Under the pieces are notes generated by a model. That model saw only the letters and a list, made by a program, of their open reading frames with translations, was not told where the DNA came from and did no database searches. Below, one piece after another: positions 21,624 to 30,800 of a stretch of 34,212 nucleotides of DNA; positions within the stretch are counted from its first letter, which is position 1, and the number at the start of each line of letters is the position of its first letter. A program made the position numbers and the translations under genes. The DNA comes from Patescibacteria group bacterium (GTDB lineage: Bacteria > Patescibacteriota > Patescibacteriia > Patescibacteriales > UBA12465): the NCBI GenBank assembly GCA_028687275.1, contig JAQUAK010000001.1, positions 1 through 34,212 on the forward strand, read 5' to 3'.

Positions 21624-22438
21624 AAGGAAATTGTTTCCCAATTATTGATTTTTTCACCTAAGAAATGCTCCCCTAAGCGAATAAAATTTTCAGGCTGGTC
21701 GGTTAAATAAAAATTTCTCTTGCCTGTTTTTTTATTAGAAGACTTAAATTCTGGGTGGCGCTTTAGATAGTCGTCTAGACTATCGCCGATAATTTTGCCT
21801 GGATCAAAAACATCGCAGTTTTTTCCCATTAAACGTTGAACATCTTTCAGTAGAAAGGGGTAGTGAGTACAACCAAGAATCAGGGTATTTATTTTTTCTT
21901 GTTTGAGCGGACGTAAATATTTTTTTAAGATTTTATTAGTTACATCTTTTCCGGCTAGACCCTCTTCAATTAAAGGCACTAAAAGTGGAGCGCTATTATG
22001 AAATATTTGCGCCTTAGGATTTACTTTTTTTATCTCTTGTTCATAGGCACCAGAGGAAATAGTGGCGCGAGTGCCAATGACTCCTATTTTTTTTCTATTA
22101 GCCACTTTTTCAGACAAAGGAATAATTACTCCTAAAATGCGACGGTCAGGATACTTAGTGGGTAAATATTCTTGTTGTAAGCGATGTAAAGCTTGAGCTG
22201 AGGCAGTATTACAAGCTAAGATAATTAATTGACAACCTTTAGAAAAAAGAAAATCAACCGCTTCTTGGGTATAGCGATAAATGACAGCTTGGGAGTGTCC
22301 ACCATAGGGCAGGCGGGCAGTATCGCCTAAATACAAATAATCATATTGAGGTAATTTTTTTAAAAAGTGTTTAAGCACCGTTAATCCTCCGAGTCCAGAG
22401 TCGAAAACGCCTATTTTTATATTTTTATTGTCGGGCAT
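21620..22438 (-). CDS. murI: Glutamate racemase
   Basis: GVFDSGLGGLTVL, ACNTAS and GCTHYP. The ATG at 22438 (MPDNKNIKIGVFDSG) is preferred over the GTG at 22495. Confidence 0.9.
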   Translation of the reverse strand: MPDNKNIKIGVFDSGLGGLTVLKHFLKKLPQYDYLYLGDTARLPYGGHSQAVIYRYTQEAVDFLFSKGCQLIILACNTASAQALHRLQQEYLPTKYPDRRILGVIIPLSEKVANRKKIGVIGTRATISSGAYEQEIKKVNPKAQIFHNSAPLLVPLIEEGLAGKDVTNKILKKYLRPLKQEKINTLILGCTHYPFLLKDVQRLMGKNCDVFDPGKIIGDSLDDYLKRHPEFKSSNKKTGKRNFYLTDQPENFIRLGEHFLGEKINNWETISL

Positions 22439-23741
22439 AAAATTTAAATTGATCACCACGCTCTTTATAATTTTTAAAAATACCAAAACTAGCACAGGCA
22501 GTGGAAAGTAAGACTATGTCACCGCTAATTGCATACTTTTTAGAAATTTTTAAGGCCTCTTCCATGCTGTCGGCCGCAAATATTTTTTCATTACTAAAAT
22601 TTGTTTTTTTTACTTCTGCTAATAAGCGAGGAGTAGCCTCGCCTTTTAATAAAATCAAAATCTTCACTTTTTTAGCAATAGCTTGGGCTAAGTTCTTAAA
22701 ACTGGAGCCTTTATCGGCTCCTCCAGCAATTTGGATAATTGGTTCGGTAAAAGATAATAGGTCTAAAATTGTACTCTCAGGTGTGGTTGAGAAGCTATTA
22801 TCAAAATATTTTATTCCTTTTTGTTCTAAAACAAATTCCAATCTATGTTCAAGATTGTGAAAATTTTTTATAGTTGGATTATAAGCTTGGGCAGGAATTT
22901 TTAATATTTTACTTAACTCAACGGCGGCGCCAATATTTTCTTGGTTATAATCGCCTTTTAGGCCAGTAGGCAGAGAGGCTTTAGTGAAATAAACTATTTT
23001 AGAATTTATTTTTTCTTTCTCTAGCTTATCTTTTAATTTTTCATTAATAACTAATACGCTATTATTTGGATTAAGTGCAATTTGTAATTTAGCTTGCCAG
23101 TAATCATTAAAATTCTTGTGATAATTTGGATTATAGGGGTCAGCTGGAGCTAGGTGTTCCTTAAATAAGTTGGTAATAACTGCATACCTGGGGCTTAAGC
23201 TTAAATCTTCTAATTGAAAACTAGATAATTCTAAAACCACCCAGTCATCTTTTTTAATTTTATCAAAAAAGGTAAAGGGTGCGATGCCAATATTACCACC
23301 TAGCCAAACTTTATGTCCGGCTTTTTTTAAAATGGCGGTTATTAATGATGCGGTTGTGCCTTTCCCCTTACTGCCAGTCACACCGATAGTTTTAGAGGTG
23401 GGACAAGCTGCCAAGAAGTATTCCATTGGGCTGGTTAACAATATCCCTTTTTTTAAAGCGGCTTGTATTCCTGGGCAGGCAATTGGCCATCCGGGAGAGC
23501 GAAATAAAACTTCAAAATTAAATAAATTTTTATTAAACATAGCACCTATCTGCCACTGTATATTTTTGACATTATTTGGGGATATTTTATTATTTTTTAA
23601 AATATCTTCTAATTGTTGTTGCTTGCGATAATCACAGATAGTTATCTGTCCTCTGTAGTTATGTTTAAAGAGCCAGCTTAAAAAAGCTTGGTTTTCTTTG
23701 CCTAGTCCCAGGAGGGCAATGTTTTGTGAATTTAAATTCAT
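22425..23741 (-). CDS. murD: UDP-N-acetylmuramoyl-L-alanine--D-glutamate ligase
   Basis: GVTGSKGKGTT P-loop, Mur ligase central and C-terminal domains, N-terminal LGLGKEN Rossmann-like motif. The ATG at 23741 is preferred over the TTG at 23765. Confidence 0.9.
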   Translation of the reverse strand: MNLNSQNIALLGLGKENQAFLSWLFKHNYRGQITICDYRKQQQLEDILKNNKISPNNVKNIQWQIGAMFNKNLFNFEVLFRSPGWPIACPGIQAALKKGILLTSPMEYFLAACPTSKTIGVTGSKGKGTTASLITAILKKAGHKVWLGGNIGIAPFTFFDKIKKDDWVVLELSSFQLEDLSLSPRYAVITNLFKEHLAPADPYNPNYHKNFNDYWQAKLQIALNPNNSVLVINEKLKDKLEKEKINSKIVYFTKASLPTGLKGDYNQENIGAAVELSKILKIPAQAYNPTIKNFHNLEHRLEFVLEQKGIKYFDNSFSTTPESTILDLLSFTEPIIQIAGGADKGSSFKNLAQAIAKKVKILILLKGEATPRLLAEVKKTNFSNEKIFAADSMEEALKISKKYAISGDIVLLSTACASFGIFKNYKERGDQFKFYARQ

Positions 23742-23746
23742 ATAAA

Positions 23747-26527
23747 TTATTTTAAATCTCCCCAATTGTCACCGAAGGAAGCTTCAACTATGACCGGTAC
23801 TGATAATGGCAGGGCGTCGGCCATTAAACGCCTTAAAGATTCAGTATATTCTTCCAGCTTATCGGCTTTTACTTCAAAAATCAATTCATCATGAACCTGT
23901 ACTAATAGCTGGATATCATTTTCTTTGCCACTCAAGTAACGATCAATGTTGAGCATGGCTTGCTTAATCATGTCAGCGGCAGTGCCCTGGATAGGCATAT
24001 TAATAGCCATTCTTTCGGCCGCTTTACGCATCATAGCAATATCAGAATTTAATTCTGGTAATGGTCGGCGTCGTTTAAATAAGGTTTCGGCGTAGGCATT
24101 TTTTTCAGCATCTTTAATAAACTTAGTCATCATTTTTTTAATGCCAGGATAAACTTCGAGATAGCGATCAATAAAATCACGAGCCTCAGTATAGCTGATG
24201 CCAGCACCCTGGCTTAAGCCATGAGGGCCCTGTCCGTAAAGAATGCCAAAATTAATTGCCTTAGCACTAAAACGCATTTTCTTTGTTACTTCTTCCAATT
24301 TAACATTGTTAATAGCAGCGGCAGTAGCGCTATGAATATCCTCACCATTTTTAAAGGCGGCTATCATTTTCTTATCTTTAGAAATATGAGCAGCTAAACG
24401 TAGTTCAATCTGTGAATAATCAAGACTTAATAGCTTATAGCCAGGACTGGCAATAAAGGCTGCTCTGATTTCTCTGCCTTCTTCACTGCGGGCAGGGATG
24501 TTTTGTAAGTTGGGCTCATTGGAAGACAATCTACCAGTGGCAGCCACAGTTTGGTTGAAATTACTATGAATACGTCCATCTTTTTCATTAATCATTTCTG
24601 GTAAGGCGAGGACATAGGTGTTTTGTAGTTTATTCATCTCCCGATATTCTTGAATTAAGGGAATTATTTCATGTTGATCTCGTAATTTTTCTAACTCATC
24701 ATCAGCCGTAGAAATTCCTGTCTTTGTTTTTTTAAGACCTTGTTTGTTTAGCTCTAATTTTTCAAATAAAACTACCTGTAATTGTTTAGGAGAGTTAAGA
24801 TTAAATTCTTCGCCTGCTAATTTGTAAGCTTCTTTAGTAATATTATCTAAACGCTCTTGTAGTCTTTGCGCGAGTTTTGCTAGTGGTTTAGGATTGAGCT
24901 TAATACCTCTTTCTTCCATTTTCCCCAGGACAGTAAGTAGGGGCATTTCTAAGTTGAAAAATAGATTTTCTAGCTCCTGGGTTTTTATTTGTTTCTCTAG
25001 AATTTTTTGTAGTTGCCAGACGCAATCAACGTCTTCACCAGAATACTGAGTCATCTTATCAGCGCTCACCTGGGAGAAAGAGATAATATCTTTGCCTTTA
25101 CCAATTAAATCTTCCGTACTTATTTTTTCCCAACCCAATTCTCGTAGAGAGACACTATCTAAACTATGTTGTCTTGTTTCGGGGTGAAGTATATAGGAGG
25201 CGAGGAGAGTGTCAAAATAAATCCCATGTAAAGTTACGCCGTTATTTTTTAAAACACGCCAATCAAATTTTAAATTATGTCCGTATTTTTTTATTTCTCT
25301 ATCTTCCAAAATTGGCTTTAATTTCTCTAACCAACTGTGAGTAGCACTTTTTGTTTGTTGATAATTAAAGAGGTCATGATTTTGTTCTGTGCTAGCGCCA
25401 AGGTGGAGATAATAAGCTTCGTTGTTTTGCCAACAAAAAGATAGCCCCAGGAGTTTAGCATTTAAAGGGTCTAGACCTTCTGTTTCAGTATCAATAGCAA
25501 AAGAATTTTGTTTTTTTAGCTCTTTAAAGAAATTATCAAAATCTTTTTCAGCGGTAATTAGTTTATATTTTTTCTGAGTCTGATTACGTTGAAATTTGTC
25601 TGCTGAAACTTCTTCACTGGCGCTGTTATGTAAATTCTTTACTTGTTTCAACTTAGTTAATAAAGATTTAAATTCTAAATCTTGAAAAAGCTGAATTGCT
25701 TTCTCTTCAGAAAAAGAATCTAGACAAAATTCATCCCAATTAATTTTTATTGGCACCTCGCAATCAATTGTAGCTAGACTTTGGCTTAAATAAGCTTTGT
25801 CTTTATCGGCTAATAACAATTCTTTGGTACGAGTCTTGATTTTATCGCTATCTTTTTCGGCAGCCAGATAAACGCCATCTAAAGTTTTAAAGTTTTGCAA
25901 TAATTCAGTTGCCCCTTTTTCACCAATACCTTTAACGCCAGGAATATTATCACTGGCATCACCACGTAAGGCCTTGTAGTCAACTATTTGATTGGGATTA
26001 AGTCCATATTTAGCTTTAACTTCACCGGCTCCGTATAAGATGCTGTCACTAAAACCGCGACTCATAGTATAGACACTGGTGCGATCATCTATTAACTGTA
26101 AAGTATCCATGTCCCCGGTAATAATAACACTATGCCAGTCACTATTGGTCTTGGCCTGCTTGGCTAAGGTGCCGATTAAGTCATCGGCCTCAAAGCCATC
26201 TTTTTCAAATATGGGGATATCAAGAACTTGGGCTACTTCTTTGACAATAGGAATTTGTTCATAAAGCTCATCGGGAGCTTTAACACGAGTGGCTTTATAT
26301 TCAGCATATTCTTCGTGGCGGAAAGTAGGCCCTTTACGATCTAAAGTTAAAACTACAAACTCAGGCCTTAATTCTAAAAAGGCTCTTAGGATAAAAGAGG
26401 TAAAGCCATAGACAGCATTAACTAGGCGACCGTCTTTAGTTCTTAGAGTTGGCGGAATGGCATGAAAACTACGGTGAATCAAGGCATTGCCGTCAATAAT
26501 CATGAATTTTGGAGTATTTTTCTTCAT
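23747..26527 (-). CDS. polA: DNA polymerase I (5'-3' exonuclease, 3'-5' exonuclease and polymerase domains)
   Basis: 5' nuclease motifs (LIDGNALIHRSFHA, GDASDNIPGV), Exo I FAIDTETEGLD, and pol motifs LSLDYSQIELR, RFSAKAINFGILYG and QVHDELIFE. Confidence 0.97.
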   Translation of the reverse strand: MKKNTPKFMIIDGNALIHRSFHAIPPTLRTKDGRLVNAVYGFTSFILRAFLELRPEFVVLTLDRKGPTFRHEEYAEYKATRVKAPDELYEQIPIVKEVAQVLDIPIFEKDGFEADDLIGTLAKQAKTNSDWHSVIITGDMDTLQLIDDRTSVYTMSRGFSDSILYGAGEVKAKYGLNPNQIVDYKALRGDASDNIPGVKGIGEKGATELLQNFKTLDGVYLAAEKDSDKIKTRTKELLLADKDKAYLSQSLATIDCEVPIKINWDEFCLDSFSEEKAIQLFQDLEFKSLLTKLKQVKNLHNSASEEVSADKFQRNQTQKKYKLITAEKDFDNFFKELKKQNSFAIDTETEGLDPLNAKLLGLSFCWQNNEAYYLHLGASTEQNHDLFNYQQTKSATHSWLEKLKPILEDREIKKYGHNLKFDWRVLKNNGVTLHGIYFDTLLASYILHPETRQHSLDSVSLRELGWEKISTEDLIGKGKDIISFSQVSADKMTQYSGEDVDCVWQLQKILEKQIKTQELENLFFNLEMPLLTVLGKMEERGIKLNPKPLAKLAQRLQERLDNITKEAYKLAGEEFNLNSPKQLQVVLFEKLELNKQGLKKTKTGISTADDELEKLRDQHEIIPLIQEYREMNKLQNTYVLALPEMINEKDGRIHSNFNQTVAATGRLSSNEPNLQNIPARSEEGREIRAAFIASPGYKLLSLDYSQIELRLAAHISKDKKMIAAFKNGEDIHSATAAAINNVKLEEVTKKMRFSAKAINFGILYGQGPHGLSQGAGISYTEARDFIDRYLEVYPGIKKMMTKFIKDAEKNAYAETLFKRRRPLPELNSDIAMMRKAAERMAINMPIQGTAADMIKQAMLNIDRYLSGKENDIQLLVQVHDELIFEVKADKLEEYTESLRRLMADALPLSVPVIVEASFGDNWGDLK

Positions 26528-26577
26528 GTACTTATTTTAGCACGAGCTAAAGCTAATAGGCAAAGGAATTGTTTAGA

Positions 26578-26603
26578 ATAAAAAAGCGCTCTTTTGGAGC
26601 GCC
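26578..26603 (-). terminator. Rho-independent terminator downstream of the 26625-26837 small ORF, upstream of polA
   Basis: Minus-strand RNA reads GCGCUC-CAAAA-GAGCGC, followed by UUUUUU. Confidence 0.6.
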
Positions 26604-26624
26604 GTTTGTGTTAGCAATTAAAGA

Positions 26625-26837
26625 TTAAATAAGGTTTCGTCTGGCCCTTCCAAATTCTTTTCTTTGGTTGGCGCCTTTTAGAAGCATGCCTCTGTAGGGT
26701 TTGTAAGGCATGAATTTTGTCATCATTTCAATCGGCCGAAGAATTGTTGGCGTTGAGCCGGTGACACCTAGTATGGTACTTAAATTTTTCATATAAAAGA
26801 GCTTTAGTGTATTCTGATTGTAAAACAATACAGGCAT
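26625..26837 (-). CDS. Small hypothetical protein (70 aa; alternative ATG gives 55 aa), or possibly an untranslated transcript
   Basis: ATG ORF with a basic C-terminus (RKEFGRARRNLI) and its own terminator. No family recognised. Coding status is uncertain. Confidence 0.3.
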   Translation of the reverse strand: MPVLFYNQNTLKLFYMKNLSTILGVTGSTPTILRPIEMMTKFMPYKPYRGMLLKGANQRKEFGRARRNLI

Positions 26838-26880
26838 AAGTCAAGTCTTTGTTTTTCACATTTAGTTTGATAGAATAGAG

Positions 26881-26901
26881 TAATAATAATAATAATAATA
26901 A
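26881..26901. repeat. (TAA)7 microsatellite, 4 nt upstream of the ddl start codon
   Basis: Seven exact tandem TAA units read directly from the sequence. Confidence 0.95.
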
Positions 26902-26905
26902 TTGT

Positions 26906-27892
26906 ATGCGTAAAATAGCCTTATTTTTTGGGGGCTTAAGTAATGAGGCCGAGGTTTCTATTACTTCAGCTCAAAATATCGTTAATAATTTTGATTATAA
27001 GCGCCAGCAATTGGTGTTAATTTATTGGCATAATGACGGTTGTTTCTATAAGTTATCAAAAATAGAGCAGATTAAAACTTTAAAAAATAAGCAGCGTTTA
27101 GAAATTTCCGCTTTTAAGAGAAACTTTGAGATTGCTCTTTTGATGACTCATGGACGTTATGGTGAGGATGGAGCTTTACAAGGCATACTAGAAAGTCAGC
27201 GTATCCCTTATAGTGGTTGCGGAGTTTTGAGCTCAGCTTTATGTATGGATAAGGCTGTTTTTAAAGTTTTGATGGATGGCCAAGGAATTCCACAAGTGCC
27301 ATATTTTTTATTAGATCTTAAGCGTGAAAGCGTTAAGGAAAGGAATGTTACTATTACCAAGCTGAAGCATAATTTAGCTTTACCAGTTTTTGTGAAGCCA
27401 GCTAATTCTGGATCTTCCGTAGGAATTACTAAAGTTGAGAACTGGACTAAATTAAATGCAGCTATTAAATTGGCGACTCAGCACGATTCTAAGATTTTAA
27501 TTGAGCAGGGAGTTAAAAAAGTCAGAGAAATTGAGGTGGCTGTCCTGGGTAACGATATATTAAATATTTCTATGCCGGGTGAATTAGATTTAGGACAAGG
27601 TTTTTATGATTATGCAGAAAAGTATAAAAATGGTCGCACCCAGATGTTAATTCCCGCACCTTTAAGTAAGCAACAAATAGAAAAAATTAGAGCATTAGCT
27701 GGCCAGGCTTATCGTTTAGCTGATTGCCGCGGCTTTGCTCGGGTAGATTTTTTTGTTGATGGTAAAAAAATATACCTTAATGAAATAAATAGCTTGCCTG
27801 GTTTTACCGATATATCTATGTATCCTCAATTAATGATAAATAGCGGTTATACTTATACCGGGTTGATTAATAAATTAATAGATTTAGCTTAA
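26906..27892 (+). CDS. ddl: D-alanine--D-alanine ligase
   Basis: ATP-grasp motifs: HGRYGEDGALQG, FVKPANSGSSVG and the LNEINSLPGFT C-terminal motif. Confidence 0.92.
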   Translation: MRKIALFFGGLSNEAEVSITSAQNIVNNFDYKRQQLVLIYWHNDGCFYKLSKIEQIKTLKNKQRLEISAFKRNFEIALLMTHGRYGEDGALQGILESQRIPYSGCGVLSSALCMDKAVFKVLMDGQGIPQVPYFLLDLKRESVKERNVTITKLKHNLALPVFVKPANSGSSVGITKVENWTKLNAAIKLATQHDSKILIEQGVKKVREIEVAVLGNDILNISMPGELDLGQGFYDYAEKYKNGRTQMLIPAPLSKQQIEKIRALAGQAYRLADCRGFARVDFFVDGKKIYLNEINSLPGFTDISMYPQLMINSGYTYTGLINKLIDLA

Positions 27893-27898
27893 ACCACA

Positions 27899-28888
27899 AT
27901 GTTAATTTTGTCTTTATTATTTTTAGCACTAGTATTCTTTGTGATTTTAGGCAGAGGGGCTGATTTATTGGTGGGAAATTTAAGGGCCTTAACTGATAAG
28001 ACTAAGGTTCATCCGGTATTATTGGGTACAATTTTAGGACTATTAACCACTATGCCTGAGTTAATGGTTGGCTTAAATGCTATTCGTCAGGATGTGCCTG
28101 CTGTTTCCTTGGGTAATATTTGGGGGGGTATTATTGTGATCTTGGGTTTAATTTTAGGCTTGGCTATTTTTCTACAGAAAGAAATAAAAACTGATGGTCA
28201 CTTATCGGTTATCCTACCGAGTTTTGTCTTTATTTTACTGTCTCTATTTTTAGGTTTAAAAGGAAGCTTCCATTATTATGATGGTTTATTATTGCTAGCC
28301 TTTTATTTAGTTCTTATTTATTTTGATTATTTGTCTGGTGGAAATTATCAGAAAGATGTCTCGGCCGAAAAAGCAGTTTTAAGCGTTGAGCTGCCCCATA
28401 ATACTTGGCAGCGCTTAGAAAATCACTGGTTATATTGGAGAAGAGAGTTAAGCGTGGAAACTCGGTGGGCGGTGATTGGTTTGTTTTTAGTGTCTATATC
28501 CTCTTATGTCTTAATGGAGCTAACAAGTATGGCAATGGACATCTTTGCTTTACCACCATTTTTAGTTGGTGTTCTCATTTTTTCTATTGGCACCAACTTA
28601 CCTGAAATTACTGTTATGTTTAGAGCTTTAAAAACTAAAAGTGGTGATTTATCCTTTGGTCATTTAATAGGCTCGGCTGTTAGTAATATTTTAATTTTGG
28701 CTATTTTAAGTTTCATGACGCCAATTACGGTGACGCAATCTTGGGCTTATTATATATTAATTGTTTTCATTTTTTTAATACTTTCAATCGTGTCTATATT
28801 TTATGTGAGCGGTAAGCGTTTTCAACGTTGGGAGGGTGGCGTTTTAATTGGTTTGTACTTATTGTTTGTCGTTTATCAGTTGTTGTAA
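27899..28888 (+). CDS. Ca2+/cation antiporter (CaCA, YrbG-like) membrane protein
   Basis: About ten hydrophobic helices. Two alpha-repeat-like motifs: LLTTMPELMVGL and GTNLPEITVMF. Confidence 0.75.
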   Translation: MLILSLLFLALVFFVILGRGADLLVGNLRALTDKTKVHPVLLGTILGLLTTMPELMVGLNAIRQDVPAVSLGNIWGGIIVILGLILGLAIFLQKEIKTDGHLSVILPSFVFILLSLFLGLKGSFHYYDGLLLLAFYLVLIYFDYLSGGNYQKDVSAEKAVLSVELPHNTWQRLENHWLYWRRELSVETRWAVIGLFLVSISSYVLMELTSMAMDIFALPPFLVGVLIFSIGTNLPEITVMFRALKTKSGDLSFGHLIGSAVSNILILAILSFMTPITVTQSWAYYILIVFIFLILSIVSIFYVSGKRFQRWEGGVLIGLYLLFVVYQLL

Positions 28889-28916
28889 CATTTTTATATT
28901 TAAATATTGTATAAAT

Positions 28917-28947
28917 AAAAACACGAAGTAAATTACTTCGTGTTTTT
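28917..28947. terminator. Bidirectional terminator shared by the CaCA gene (+) and tRNA-Ala (-)
   Basis: 10-bp perfect stem ACACGAAGTA / TACTTCGTGT, flanked by an A-run and a T-run. Confidence 0.65.
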
Positions 28948-29022
28948 GGTGGACCCTACAGGACTCGAACCTGCCACCCCCTGCTTGCAAAGCAGGTGCT
29001 CTACCAGATGAGCTAAGGGCCC
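28947..29022 (-). tRNA. tRNA-Ala(UGC), CCA encoded
   Basis: Acceptor GGGCCCT/AGGGTCC with the G3:U70 identity pair. Anticodon arm CCTGC-TTTGCAA-GCAGG. Confidence 0.92.
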
Positions 29023-29037
29023 TGATTCCTAGTAAGA

Positions 29038-29066
29038 AGTTTATCGGGATTTTTTATAATCGTCAA
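29038..29066 (-). promoter_or_regulatory. Candidate promoter for tRNA-Ala
   Basis: Minus strand reads TTGACG (29066-29061), 17-nt spacer, TAAACT (29043-29038), about 16 nt upstream of the mature tRNA 5' end. Confidence 0.4.
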
Positions 29067-29072
29067 CCCCTT

Positions 29073-29315
29073 TTAAGCTTCAGGAATTAAGGGGCTTAGC
29101 ATCCAGGTGAAGAAGTTGCTGCCGTTACCTGAAAGTAAAACAATGCCAATAAAGATAGCAACAATCCCTACTAATTTGTAGCCAAGCCGAGAGCCTCCAT
29201 CACTACCAAGTTTGTCTTCAAACCAGGCCATACGCCCAAAATTATCCATAAACCATTCAGTTTTTAGCACTAAGAAAGTGCCGACAGCAATAATCAAAAT
29301 ACCAAGAATAAACAT
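29073..29315 (-). CDS. Small two-TM membrane protein (hypothetical)
   Basis: Two hydrophobic helices flank WFMDNFGRMAWFEDKLGSDGGSRLGYK. Starts 3 nt after the M23 peptidase stop. Confidence 0.5.
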   Translation of the reverse strand: MFILGILIIAVGTFLVLKTEWFMDNFGRMAWFEDKLGSDGGSRLGYKLVGIVAIFIGIVLLSGNGSNFFTWMLSPLIPEA

Positions 29316-29318
29316 AAA

Positions 29319-30644
29319 TTAATATTTAATATAATTAAGAGGATTATAACGAGCACCATTAATAACGACTTCAAAGTGTAAGTGTGATCCAGTTGAGCGA
29401 CCAGTTGAGCCCATTAAAGCAATTACTTGCCCCTTTTCTACCGTCTCCCCTTTCTTCACTAATAGTTTGGAGGCATGCCCATAACGAGTTTTTTTGCCAC
29501 CACCATGATTTAATAGAATGGTATTTCCATAACCACCATTATAACCGTTTTGGGCTATTTCGACGACACCGTCATCAGCAGCGTAAATAGGTGTTCCAAC
29601 CTTGTTGGCAATGTCAAGGCCATTATGCTGCCAAGAAAAGTACTGACTAATACGGCTGCCCTCAGTTGGCCATAGCATTTTATTACTACTGACGACTGGT
29701 TTGTTAGCTACAACAATATCTTTAATAACCTCAAGAGCAGAGTAGCTATTAGTAGTGGGGCTTTTAGCAACGCTTGTAACAATTTTTGTGCCAGGAATTA
29801 TTAATTCCTTGCCAATACTAATTGTACCAGCACTGTTGAGATTATTAACTGCTACTATTTCTTCGGCACTAGCATCATAAATTTGGGCTAGCTTGCCAAT
29901 AGTATCACCACTCTTAACTTTATATAAGAATCCGTTGCTTGGCAGAATTGTTAATTCATCGCCAATGCGAATAATACTGAATGAACTTAAATTATTGGCC
30001 CAGAGTACGGTATTTACATTTAAACTGAAACGTCTAGCAATGGTACTAATGGTATCGCCTGATTGCACTTTATAAGTAATAATTTCTGAACGCTTGTTAT
30101 TAGTGTTACCGTCATTGCTTGGGCTGCTAGTATTATCTAGTTGTTCAATCGCAACTTGTTGCGGCTTAAGCAACATATTGCCATCATAATCAATTGTTGG
30201 TTGATTTTCTGTTTCTACGATCGGCTCAGTATTTAAACCTTTAATAGAAACTACACCAGTATTTTTGCCTAAATATTTTTCAGAGCTTAAAGTCTCCTGA
30301 TTTATAGTTTGAGCCGTTTCTTGAATGAGCTCGTCATTGTTTTGGCCGATATCGCTAAATTCATTAGCTACTATTTCCGCCATAACGCTTTTGGGAGTTT
30401 TCCCAATAGCGGCACTAGCTTGTTTTTTATCGCTTATATTAAGTAAAATAGCTAGAAAAATAAGAGTCAAGGCGGCCAAGTGTAGAGACTTATTTTTAAT
30501 TAATTCTTTAGTTGATTGTTGCCCTAAATCATACTTCTTTACCCGAAAGATTAGATAGTAAAGCCATATAAAAGGACGATGAAATATTAGTTTTATTAGC
30601 CAAAAAAACGGCTTAATTAGAGCCGGTATAGTCTTAGCGATCAA
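29319..30644 (-). CDS. LysM-repeat M23 family metallopeptidase (cell-wall endopeptidase)
   Basis: Two LysM repeats (YKVQSGDTISTIARRF..., YKVKSGDTIGKLAQIY...). M23 motifs HNGLDIA and GSHLHFEV. The start at 30644 is TTG, so the true start is uncertain. Confidence 0.88.
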   Translation of the reverse strand: MIAKTIPALIKPFFWLIKLIFHRPFIWLYYLIFRVKKYDLGQQSTKELIKNKSLHLAALTLIFLAILLNISDKKQASAAIGKTPKSVMAEIVANEFSDIGQNNDELIQETAQTINQETLSSEKYLGKNTGVVSIKGLNTEPIVETENQPTIDYDGNMLLKPQQVAIEQLDNTSSPSNDGNTNNKRSEIITYKVQSGDTISTIARRFSLNVNTVLWANNLSSFSIIRIGDELTILPSNGFLYKVKSGDTIGKLAQIYDASAEEIVAVNNLNSAGTISIGKELIIPGTKIVTSVAKSPTTNSYSALEVIKDIVVANKPVVSSNKMLWPTEGSRISQYFSWQHNGLDIANKVGTPIYAADDGVVEIAQNGYNGGYGNTILLNHGGGKKTRYGHASKLLVKKGETVEKGQVIALMGSTGRSTGSHLHFEVVINGARYNPLNYIKY

Positions 30645-30800
30645 TTCTTTTAAATGAATTAGTAATTTAAGTAAGAATAAAAGTGTTTCAATCGCTAACT
30701 TCTTTAATTTTGAATTATGTTGTATAGCAATAAAATTTCAACTTATCTCTAATATTCTAACACTCTAGTCCTTTTTACGTCAATTTTCCGGAATATATTT

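Noticed and set aside
21624-23765. N-terminal extensions in the ORF track for holA (TTG 21641), murI (GTG 22495) and murD (TTG 23765), and TTG 12027 for the DHH gene
   Set aside because: The extensions add hydrophobic or unconserved residues and create long overlaps with upstream genes. Downstream ATGs give canonical N-termini (MIFFLYGPD, MPDNKNIKIGVFDSG, MNLNSQNIALLGLG, MSIQSK...).
26528-26905. Possible SRP, 6S or other housekeeping ncRNA in the polA-ddl intergenic region
   Set aside because: No match by eye to the SRP domain IV motif or to a 6S-like long interrupted helix. The region is better explained by a small ORF plus terminator.
30645-30800. Possible riboswitch (ydaO/c-di-AMP type) upstream of the LysM/M23 peptidase
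   Set aside because: The region is A/T-rich with a plausible TTGACG-18-TAGAAT promoter. It has none of the conserved GC-rich ydaO core elements or any convincing multi-stem structure.
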